Shown here one piece after another: positions 9,002-16,623 of a stretch of DNA of 21,732 nucleotides. The DNA lies in the sequence record SRR22947727_495; one strand, written 5' to 3'. Below the pieces are notes generated by a model that was not told the DNA's origin, ran no database searches, and was given only the letters and a program-made list of their open reading frames with translations. The position numbers and the translations under genes were made by a program. The first letter of the stretch is position 1. Each line of letters begins with the position of its first letter.

Positions 9002-9291
9002 TCGTGGCTCTTGGCAAATTTTGCCTGGGCGTCTGGGCTGGCTTCGGTTTGATGCGCGTCTTTCCAGCGCTCAAACGGCATACCGTAGAAAGCTTCGCGC
9101 GCCTCTGCTTTGCTCATTTCAACACCAGCCTCTTGTGCCGCTTCCTGATACCAACGCGACAGGCAATTGCGGCAAAATCCTGTAAGATTCATCATATCAA
9201 TGTTCTGCACATCCGGGCGGTCTTGGATGAGATGTTGCTGCAGGCGGCGGAAGGCGGCGGCTTCAAGTTCTAATTTTAGTTGCGCGTCCAT
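8998..9291 (-). CDS. DUF1244 domain protein
   Basis: 'ELEAAAFRRL', 'DVQNIDMMNLTGFCRNCLSRWY', 'YGMPF..WK..HQ' signature; AAGGA SD 8 nt before ATG 9291 (alternative ATG 9300 overlaps the upstream stop). Confidence 0.9.
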   Translation of the reverse strand: MDAQLKLELEAAAFRRLQQHLIQDRPDVQNIDMMNLTGFCRNCLSRWYQEAAQEAGVEMSKAEAREAFYGMPFERWKDAHQTEASPDAQAKFAKSHD

Positions 9292-9296
9292 AGTGG

Positions 9297-10052
9297 TCAT
9301 CCTTGTGATGGGGGGTGCGATTGCACCTCTGCCAGGGCCGATTGTAGGAGGGGCGCCAAAAGCGCGGCCCAAACTTCTTGGTCCTTGGAAGTTTCGATTA
9401 AATCATTTCTGACTTCAATCAAGATATTGAGCCGTCCCTGACGCAGGGCGTGGCGATCGATGCTGTCGCCGGGCAAATGCCCATCATAGGGTTCATTGAT
9501 GCCAACGGTCAGATCTCCACGCGCTTGCAATCGTGCGATAACCGGATCGGCCAGGCGGCGGTCGTCGGCAAAGAGGATGCCGATGTCCCAAGGCCGTTTT
9601 GGCCGGCCGACAAGCTGCGGCGTGAAGGAGTGAATGGCAACAATGGCAGGGTCGGATGCAGCGAGCTTGGCATAGGCCGCATGATAGGGGCGGTGATAGG
9701 CCTCGAGCCGGCGCGTAATTTCAACCGCATCGGCGTTGCGATTTGCAGGAATTAGGCTGCCGTCATAGAGCTTCATGAGCAAAGTAGGATCGTCTTCTCC
9801 ACGGTTGGGATCAATCACCAAGCGGGAGAAATTGCTGCATAAGACGGGCGCTTTTAGGTGCCTTCCCAGCGCAAGGCTAAGCCCTTTGGCCCCCACGTCG
9901 TAAGCAATATGGCGGTTCATATCATCGGCCGGCAATCCCAGGCTGCCGTTGTTTATCTCCGGCGGCACGCGATTGGCTGCGTGATCACATGTAATAAGCC
10001 ATGGCCCTTTATGTTCGGGTCCTGTAATGGAAAATGGGTATTCGTCGCTCAT
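9297..10052 (-). CDS. N-formylglutamate amidohydrolase family protein
   Basis: 'ITCDHA', 'HIAYDVGA', 'SRLVIDPNR', 'YHRPYH', 'IHSFTP', 'NEPYDG', 'IEVRNDLI'. Confidence 0.9.
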   Translation of the reverse strand: MSDEYPFSITGPEHKGPWLITCDHAANRVPPEINNGSLGLPADDMNRHIAYDVGAKGLSLALGRHLKAPVLCSNFSRLVIDPNRGEDDPTLLMKLYDGSLIPANRNADAVEITRRLEAYHRPYHAAYAKLAASDPAIVAIHSFTPQLVGRPKRPWDIGILFADDRRLADPVIARLQARGDLTVGINEPYDGHLPGDSIDRHALRQGRLNILIEVRNDLIETSKDQEVWAALLAPLLQSALAEVQSHPPSQG

Positions 10053-10069
10053 GCCCCCTCTTAGCTGAG

Positions 10070-10098
10070 TTGCACAGGGATGTGAATTGGGGCATTAG
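10070..10098 (+). promoter_or_regulatory. Putative sigma70 promoter of pyk (TTGCAC-17-CATTAG)
   Basis: ttgcac 10070-10075, 17-nt spacer, cattag 10093-10098, 40 nt before the pyk ATG. Confidence 0.45.
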
Positions 10099-10138
10099 GG
10101 GCTCAACATGATAGCGGTAACATAAAAGAGTTCTTTGC

Positions 10139-11587
10139 ATGAAACGTGATAGAAACGTAAAAATCGTCGCCACACTGGGTCCGGCGTCAAATGATTATGA
10201 CATGATCCGGGCTTTACACGAGGCGGGTGCAGATGTGTTTCGTCTGAATATGTCCCATGGGGATCATTCGGAAATTGCCGCACGCCATGCGATCATTCGG
10301 CAGGTTGAGAAAGATCTGAACAGTCCAATCGCGATCTTGGCTGATCTGCAAGGACCAAAGCTGCGGGTTGGAACCTTTGAAAAGGGCGAAGAAGATTTGC
10401 TCACCGGAGCAGCTTTTCGTTTAGACTTGCAAGATCTTCCGGGTGATATCAATCGCGTGACCCTCCCGCATCCTGAGATTTTTCAGGCGTTGGAGCCGGG
10501 TGCACGGCTCTTGGTCAATGATGGCAAGATTCGCCTGAAGGTGCAAAGCTGTGGCCCTGATTTTGCGGAATGTGTGGTCGAAGCTGGCGGCATGATTTCA
10601 AACCGCAAGGGTGTGAACGTGCCGGATGTGGTTTTGCCGCTCAAAGCCCTTTCTTCCAAGGATAGGGCAGATCTGGAGTTTGCCTGCAATTTGGGCGTCG
10701 ATTGGCTGGCTCTGTCCTTTGTGCAGCGCCCTGAAGATGTCTATGAGGCGCGTGCTTTGGCCAATGGTCGGGCTGCTGTTTTGTCGAAGATTGAAAAACC
10801 TGCGGCAGTGACGGCCTTTGATGAGATTTTGCGCGTTAGCGACGGGATCATGGTAGCACGCGGCGATCTGGGGGTCGAGCTTCCGGTGCAGGCGGTTCCG
10901 CCTATCCAAAAACAATTGGTGCGCAAATGCCGGGCGGCTGCAAAGCCCGTGATTGTCGCCACGCAGATGCTGGAAAGTATGATCGAAAGCCCCATGCCGA
11001 CCCGCGCTGAGGTCAGCGACGTTGCCAATTCGATCTATGAAGGCACAGACGCGATCATGCTTTCAGCGGAATCGGCTGCCGGTCTATTTCCCATTGAAGC
11101 GGTCACCACGATGAACAATGTGGCCATCGAGGTCGAGCGTGACCCAACCTATACGGCGATTTTAGAGGCCAGTCGGAGTGTGCAGGGCAAATCTGTGGCC
11201 GATAGCATTGTGGCGGCTGCGCGGGAAATTGCCGAAACTACGGATGTTAAAGCGATTGCATGCTTTACCTCGTCAGGCACAACTGCCAGTTTAACCGCAC
11301 GGGAACGTCCACGGGTGCCGATCATCGCTTTAACGGCAAATATCAGCACCGCGCGGCGTTTGAGCCTGACCTGGGGCACGAATTGCGTGATCACCGGGCC
11401 GGTAGATCGCTTTAAGATGGCGGTTGTGGCGGCCGTACGGGCCGCAGTCAGCCAAGGTTTTGCCGAAGAGAGCGATCAAATCACCGTGACAGCTGGGGTT
11501 CCGTTTAACCAAGCTGGCACAACGAATATTCTGCGCGTTGCGCCTTGTGAGGAGCGGTTGATCTTCCGATCTGAACCGGACAGCTAA
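10139..11587 (+). CDS. pyk: Pyruvate kinase
   Basis: 'KIVATLGPAS', 'RLNMSHG', 'DLQGPKLR', 'KIEK', 'MVARGDLGVE', 'ATQMLESM', 'PTRAEVSD'. Confidence 0.98.
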   Translation: MKRDRNVKIVATLGPASNDYDMIRALHEAGADVFRLNMSHGDHSEIAARHAIIRQVEKDLNSPIAILADLQGPKLRVGTFEKGEEDLLTGAAFRLDLQDLPGDINRVTLPHPEIFQALEPGARLLVNDGKIRLKVQSCGPDFAECVVEAGGMISNRKGVNVPDVVLPLKALSSKDRADLEFACNLGVDWLALSFVQRPEDVYEARALANGRAAVLSKIEKPAAVTAFDEILRVSDGIMVARGDLGVELPVQAVPPIQKQLVRKCRAAAKPVIVATQMLESMIESPMPTRAEVSDVANSIYEGTDAIMLSAESAAGLFPIEAVTTMNNVAIEVERDPTYTAILEASRSVQGKSVADSIVAAAREIAETTDVKAIACFTSSGTTASLTARERPRVPIIALTANISTARRLSLTWGTNCVITGPVDRFKMAVVAAVRAAVSQGFAEESDQITVTAGVPFNQAGTTNILRVAPCEERLIFRSEPDS

Positions 11588-11817
11588 TGGATTAAAATTT
11601 GGCTTTAATGATCGCCGGTGGCATTATTTTATCCATATTTGGTGTCATTAGTGCGCTCAATGCGTCGATTGAGGACCGCTCGGCACGTTTGGGGCAAGGT
11701 CTGTTTGTCCTGGGGATCGGGATGGTGGCTTGGTCATGGATCATGGCGCCCGATGGGCTGACACTTTCTGATATTCCGCAGGCCTTTTTGATCGCTTTGG
11801 TGGCTTTGGTGAAATAG
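11587..11817 (+). CDS. Small multi-helix membrane protein (typical pyk-rpmI intervening gene); in-frame TAA at codon 3, or true start at 11599/11608
   Basis: Hydrophobic ORF ending 'DGLTLSDIPQAF...'; ATG at 11587 overlaps the pyk stop but is followed by GAT TAA. Confidence 0.65.
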
Positions 11818-11827
11818 CATTTACCGC

Positions 11828-11856
11828 TTGCTCTTGCAGGCATTCGCGCCTAAAAG
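11828..11856 (+). promoter_or_regulatory. Putative sigma70 promoter of rpmI-rplT (TTGCTC-17-TAAAAG)
   Basis: ttgctc 11828-11833, 17-nt spacer, taaaag 11851-11856. Confidence 0.5.
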
Positions 11857-11930
11857 CCAAGCTCTAACGCGGGACCGGCCAAAAGTGGCATGCCGAGTCG
11901 CGCGCTCACGTTCTAAAATAGGAGATCGAA

Positions 11931-12131
11931 ATGCCCAAAATGAAGACCAAGTCGAGCGCAAAAAAGCGCTTCAAGGTGTCAGCGACCGGTAAGGTCATGG
12001 CGGCACAAGCTGGCAAACGCCACGGTATGATCAAACGTACTCGTAAATTCATTCGTGACGCCCGCGGCACGACCACTCTGTCTGCTCCTGACGCGAAGAT
12101 CGTCAAGAGCTACATGCCCTACGACCGCTAA
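11931..12131 (+). CDS. rpmI: 50S ribosomal protein L35
   Basis: [24 protein letters not shown]. Confidence 0.99.
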   Translation: MPKMKTKSSAKKRFKVSATGKVMAAQAGKRHGMIKRTRKFIRDARGTTTLSAPDAKIVKSYMPYDR

Positions 12132-12145
12132 GGAGGTTCACAGAG

Positions 12146-12508
12146 ATGTCACGTGTTAAAGGTGGGACAGTAACCCACGCCCGTCACAAGAAAATCATTA
12201 AAGCTGCCAAAGGCTATTCTGGCCGCCGGAAGAATCTGTTCAAAACAGCGACCCAGGCCGTCGATAAGGCCAACCAATACGCCACGCGCGACCGGAAGGC
12301 CCGCAAGCGTAATTTCCGTAGCCTGTGGATCCAGCGTATCAATGCAGCATGCCGGAGCCATGATGAGACTTTGTCTTACAGCCGTTTCATCAACGGTCTG
12401 TCCTTGGCTGGTATCGAAGTGGATCGCAAAGTTTTGGCTGATCTGGCCGTACACGAACCTGACGCTTTTGGCGCAATCGTGACCAAAGCGCAGGCTGCGC
12501 TGGCTTAA
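12146..12508 (+). CDS. rplT: 50S ribosomal protein L20
   Basis: MSRVKGG...AKGY, '[21 protein letters not shown]', 'DRKVLADLA'; AAGGAGG SD. Confidence 0.99.
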   Translation: MSRVKGGTVTHARHKKIIKAAKGYSGRRKNLFKTATQAVDKANQYATRDRKARKRNFRSLWIQRINAACRSHDETLSYSRFINGLSLAGIEVDRKVLADLAVHEPDAFGAIVTKAQAALA

Positions 12509-12532
12509 ACCAGCCTTCAACAGAATTTGGAT

Positions 12533-12569
12533 GCAGCCTCGGAGTGACTCCGGGGCTGTTTTCGTTTTT
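12533..12569 (+). terminator. Rho-independent terminator of rpmI-rplT
   Basis: Stem gcagcctcggag/ctccggggctgt followed by tttcgttttt. Confidence 0.85.
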
Positions 12570-12611
12570 ATTCCGGCGGTGCCAGTTGGTTAGATTATTT
12601 TACTAAAATTT

Positions 12612-12640
12612 TTGACAACTGCGTCCCGGAGGGTTAACCT
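12612..12640 (+). promoter_or_regulatory. Near-consensus sigma70 promoter for the subtilase gene (TTGACA-17-TAACCT)
   Basis: ttgaca 12612-12617, 17-nt spacer, taacct 12635-12640, with an AT-rich tract directly upstream. Confidence 0.6.
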
Positions 12641-12714
12641 CTTATATATTTTAAAGATTTATTTTGTCACCCATCAGGCTGTGACGCTAATTTTATTCAG
12701 AATTTGGATTTCCT

Positions 12715-15066
12715 ATGGTTCGTTTTATTTCAGCTCCTATTTTATACTGCATGGTTTCTACGGTGCTTGTTCCAATCAGCGCCGAATCTCAAGACTTTAA
12801 GCGTTCATTCTGGCTGCACAGTGCATTGGCCCAAGCGACTGAGACTCGACAGGCGCCGTTCACCGTGTCGCTTGCCCCTGGTCTCAATAGTGTGATCGGC
12901 AATGCGGGAATGGCCGGCATTGGGTTGTCTGTGGTGGGCGCCCTTGCTCTGGGCCAAACGGATCAAGTCTCGGGCGCTGGGGGAAGCCTGTCGCAAAACG
13001 CGCTTCCCACGGGCGATTACCGCGACACGACGCAAGGGGCCTATGGCACCGAATACCGCTACAATGCCAATTTGGCGCAATTAAATGTATTGCCGCTCAA
13101 CAATTATGGTTACGACGGAACTGGGATCAATGTCGCGGTGGTGGATTCTGGTATCGACGCCAGTCATCCTGAATTTCTGAATTCGACGATCCGTGGCTAT
13201 GATTTTTCCAATAGCGCAACTGGCTATGGTGGCGATCCAAATGGGCATGGAACGCATGTGGCGTCGATTATTGCCGGTGATGCGGATGGTACCGGAATGC
13301 GCGGGGTGGCCTATGATGCCACTCTTTATTCTTATCGGGTAGATGCAGATGGGGACGGAACTTTTGAAGCGCTCAACACCGATTCTCAACTTGCTGCGGT
13401 CGCGCGCCGCCATATCACCGACAACATCCATGTCTCAAACAACAGCTGGGGCTCTGCAACAGCTGTGACGGCCTATACGACCAGCCAAATGCGCAGCATT
13501 TATAGTCGTAGTATTTCAGCTTTTGCTGATGCGCAGGCGGCTGGCACGCTCTTCGTTTTTGCGGCGGGCAATTCTGGCAATTCTGAGGTATCCGAAGAAG
13601 CAGGGTTGCCTTATCATGCGCCTGAGCTTGTTGATGCTTGGCTGGTGGTTGTTGCATCAGATGAGAATGGAGTGGAAACCGGATTCACCAATCGCTGCGG
13701 CGTGGCGGCGGCGTTTTGTGTGACGGCTCCGGGCAATCAAGTTCTGGCGGCTGATGCGGGAACCACTGGCTATGTCTCCTTGAGTGGCACGTCTATGGCC
13801 GCGCCTTTCGTCAGCGGACTTGCGGCAGCTTTGATGGAAAAATTCCCAAACCTCACACCAAAACAGATTGCCACACGGATCAAAACCACCGCCTCACTTG
13901 CGCCTCTTACGGGTTTTTTTGGCGAGACATTGGCCAATAACGGGACCGCCGCTATGGAGGCAATTTTCGGTCACGGTTTGGTAGATTCTGGCGCTGCCGC
14001 TGCTCAGATTGGCAATTTAACCTATGCTTTGGGACCTGACGTGAGCCGGGGTCAGGACTTGAGCCAATCAAAACTAGCGCTCCCGGCCGGCGTGGGGCGC
14101 GATCTGGCCAAACAAATCATGGCCGATGATTTTGTAGTGTTTGATTCCTTCGATAATGCCATGTTCACCGTTTCAGGATCCCAGGTCTTTGAAGCAGCGG
14201 CTGCGGGCTTTGTGCCGAGCTACGGTGCAGGTTCCGCAACAATTGATGCGATAGGTGGCAGCGTTAAGGCCCGTCGTGCCTTACACAGCCAGCCAAAAGA
14301 ACAGCTGATTTTCAGCTTTTTGCAGCAGGGAGATACTCCAATCACTGCGGATTATTGGCAGGGGATGGCGGCTTTATTCGCGCCGCAACCCTTCGTGGTC
14401 CCGGCCGCTAAGCTGCGCATGAGTTGGGAGAGCCGTCAGGGTTCCATATCATCTTTGATGCCGTTTTTATCTTTTGGCAGCGGCGCTTTAGGGCAAGGGT
14501 CGGATCGATCTCTTGAGATTGGTTTGGCAAGTAAGGTTCGGCTTGGTGGGGCGATAGATCTGATCTCTTCGATTTCAGTTGGCGAGCAGGCGATTAATTT
14601 CGGTCTGGACGATCAAAGCGATCTTATCGGGCTTGTGAAAGCTGAATTCGGGGTGAACGCAACTCTCAACGCGGCCAATCGATTTTTCTTGCGCTATGAA
14701 CAAAGCCGATATTCCGACAGGGCGGCCACTGAGTCTGACTTTGGCATGTCCGCGGCGCGGGCAGACAGTTGGATGATGGGTGTCGAAACGCAGCTACCGG
14801 AGGCGGATTTAACGGTGGGTGTGCGAAATGACTACGCATTGTCACAGGGGACCGTGTCGCTCATGACGCCGGCCAGCATGTTGAAAGATGGGACAATTCT
14901 ATATGATCATAAATCATATGGCCTTGACCGATCTGTGCGGCTGCGCCCCTTCGTGGCGGTGCAGCATGACACATACGGCGGGACGCTGAATTTTGGGGCA
15001 CGTTTTGGCTCTTGGGACAGGTCAGATTTGGAGGGGGTCGAATTAAGCTTTTCGCGTCAATTTTAA
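12715..15066 (+). CDS. S8 subtilase serine peptidase, autotransporter-like, with probable C-terminal beta-barrel
   Basis: Triad Asp144 (VAVVDSG), His178 (HGTHVA), Ser360 (GTSMAAP), oxyanion Asn286 (AAGN); signal-like N-terminus; amphipathic beta strands ending in LSFSRQF. Confidence 0.9.
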   Translation: MVRFISAPILYCMVSTVLVPISAESQDFKRSFWLHSALAQATETRQAPFTVSLAPGLNSVIGNAGMAGIGLSVVGALALGQTDQVSGAGGSLSQNALPTGDYRDTTQGAYGTEYRYNANLAQLNVLPLNNYGYDGTGINVAVVDSGIDASHPEFLNSTIRGYDFSNSATGYGGDPNGHGTHVASIIAGDADGTGMRGVAYDATLYSYRVDADGDGTFEALNTDSQLAAVARRHITDNIHVSNNSWGSATAVTAYTTSQMRSIYSRSISAFADAQAAGTLFVFAAGNSGNSEVSEEAGLPYHAPELVDAWLVVVASDENGVETGFTNRCGVAAAFCVTAPGNQVLAADAGTTGYVSLSGTSMAAPFVSGLAAALMEKFPNLTPKQIATRIKTTASLAPLTGFFGETLANNGTAAMEAIFGHGLVDSGAAAAQIGNLTYALGPDVSRGQDLSQSKLALPAGVGRDLAKQIMADDFVVFDSFDNAMFTVSGSQVFEAAAAGFVPSYGAGSATIDAIGGSVKARRALHSQPKEQLIFSFLQQGDTPITADYWQGMAALFAPQPFVVPAAKLRMSWESRQGSISSLMPFLSFGSGALGQGSDRSLEIGLASKVRLGGAIDLISSISVGEQAINFGLDDQSDLIGLVKAEFGVNATLNAANRFFLRYEQSRYSDRAATESDFGMSAARADSWMMGVETQLPEADLTVGVRNDYALSQGTVSLMTPASMLKDGTILYDHKSYGLDRSVRLRPFVAVQHDTYGGTLNFGARFGSWDRSDLEGVELSFSRQF

Positions 15067-15470
15067 CGTCTGCCTTTTTGCTCAATTGCAGCGCAGATCC
15101 GCAAGCCAATGATTTTGGCTTTGTGGAATGGACAATCACATCTGATTTTCTTCCGGAGGGACAACGTCTGACCGCAGAGCAAATGCGGGATGTGCAGCAT
15201 CGCCTGGATTTGCCCATCTCGGGAGAGCCCATGGTTTACGCCAGCAATATTCTTGGCAACGCCGCTGTGGAAGGTGAATTGACGATTGAGCACTTGGACG
15301 CCAAGGGCGCAGAGGTCATTGTGACCTACAAACAGGGCTCGGGAATGGGGGCCACGGTGCTCAACCAGCGTTTGATCATGCTGAACGTGCCGAAGGATGT
15401 GTCGGTTAAAAGCTTCAAAATCATCTATCCCGAGCCACTTGCTGTCAAAAAAACTATGCGAAGAAAATGA
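15042..15470 (+). CDS. Putative lipoprotein, PrcB C-terminal-like domain (start ATT 15042 or TTG 15012)
   Basis: Signal (M)KLFASILTSAFLLN-C; beta-rich body 'ELTIEHL..KGAEVIVTY...GMGATVLNQRLIMLNVPK'; overlaps the subtilase 3' end. Confidence 0.6.
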   Translation: MKLFASILTSAFLLNCSADPQANDFGFVEWTITSDFLPEGQRLTAEQMRDVQHRLDLPISGEPMVYASNILGNAAVEGELTIEHLDAKGAEVIVTYKQGSGMGATVLNQRLIMLNVPKDVSVKSFKIIYPEPLAVKKTMRRK

Positions 15471-15636
15471 CGCTAAGATTTCCCGAAGCGCTCGCAATAC
15501 TCCAAAGGTCACTGCATATTTTGCCCTTCAACCTTTCCTCAGGGCGCTGTGCTTTCCAGGGCTCTTGATGTTGGAGATCGCGCCTTACGGCGCTTTTACC
15601 CTTGGCGGGTCGCTCGAATTCCATCATACGACGGTG

Positions 15637-16512
15637 ATGATTTCGCGTTTGGTCAAAACCCTGTGGCAGCACGTCCGCTATATCCCGCTGCTGTCAGCCT
15701 TAACCATCTCCCGTGGTCGCGCTTTTGACCGCCGAGCTCAGGCTTTTGGAGGGTTGGTTGGTCTCTTGGTCCGATTCTTTCCCTTGGCACGCCGGCGCGT
15801 TGAGGCTGAATTGCGGCGTGTTTATCCGGATATGCCGCGCCGGGAGCGCTTGGATCTGTGCCGAAATATGGGCCGCAACATGGGGCGCACCCTGTATGAA
15901 ATCCTGCATTGCAGCGAATTTCAAACCCTACACCACCGCAACACCGTGTCCGGCCCGGGGCTTGAAGCCCTGCAAAAAGCTCATGCAGAGGGAAAGGGGG
16001 CCATCATCGTCTCAGGCCATTTTGGCCAATGGGAGGCGGTGCGCTCAACACTCAAGTCATTGGGGCTAGAGACAGGCGCTGTCTATCGACCGCAAACCAA
16101 TCGACATTATGAGCGGCGCCTCTATTCGGGCATCGCAGCTGGCGGGCAGCCTATTCTGGCCACTGGGAAAATTGGCACCCGCGCCCTGGTGCGCCATGTG
16201 CAATCTGGCGGTTTCATCGCAATTTTACTGGATGAGAAATATCCCGATGGGGAACGGTTGCCGTTTTTGGGACAACCGGCGCTCACCGCTCTGGTCGCGG
16301 CGCAATTGGCGATCAAATATGATGTGCCGCTGGTGCCTGCTTTCGGCACCCGTATGGAGGATGGCACAAAATTCTCTGTAGAATTTGATGCCCCTATTCC
16401 CGCCACGGATAGCATCACGATGACCAAGGCCTTCAATGACAATCTGTCAGCGCGCATCTTGGCCAACCCCGATCAATGGTATTGGCTGCTCGGACGCTGG
16501 AAGGGCGCCTAA
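15637..16512 (+). CDS. Lipid A lauroyl/lysophospholipid acyltransferase (LpxL/HtrB family)
   Basis: Catalytic HX4E in 'SGHFGQWE', 'VYRP', 'PFLG.PA.T', C-terminal 'PDQWYWL..RWK'. Start uncertain; the 15397 extension overlaps the upstream gene. Confidence 0.88.
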   Translation: MISRLVKTLWQHVRYIPLLSALTISRGRAFDRRAQAFGGLVGLLVRFFPLARRRVEAELRRVYPDMPRRERLDLCRNMGRNMGRTLYEILHCSEFQTLHHRNTVSGPGLEALQKAHAEGKGAIIVSGHFGQWEAVRSTLKSLGLETGAVYRPQTNRHYERRLYSGIAAGGQPILATGKIGTRALVRHVQSGGFIAILLDEKYPDGERLPFLGQPALTALVAAQLAIKYDVPLVPAFGTRMEDGTKFSVEFDAPIPATDSITMTKAFNDNLSARILANPDQWYWLLGRWKGA

Positions 16513-16567
16513 GTCATCTCCCAGGTCTCTAACCCACGGCGAGACCGGAAGTTTTGCGCAAGCGCCC

Positions 16568-16596
16568 TTGCTCGCGCCGCATAATCTCGCTAGCAC
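16568..16596 (+). promoter_or_regulatory. Putative sigma70 promoter of pheS (TTGCTC-17-TAGCAC)
   Basis: ttgctc 16568-16573, 17-nt spacer, tagcac 16591-16596. Confidence 0.45.
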
Positions 16597-16623
16597 GGGG
16601 CGCAATATAATTTGGAGGATCCG

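Noticed and set aside
16513-16623. pheM-type attenuator or T-box upstream of pheS
   Set aside because: No Phe-rich leader peptide, terminator hairpin or T-box motif; spacer is short.
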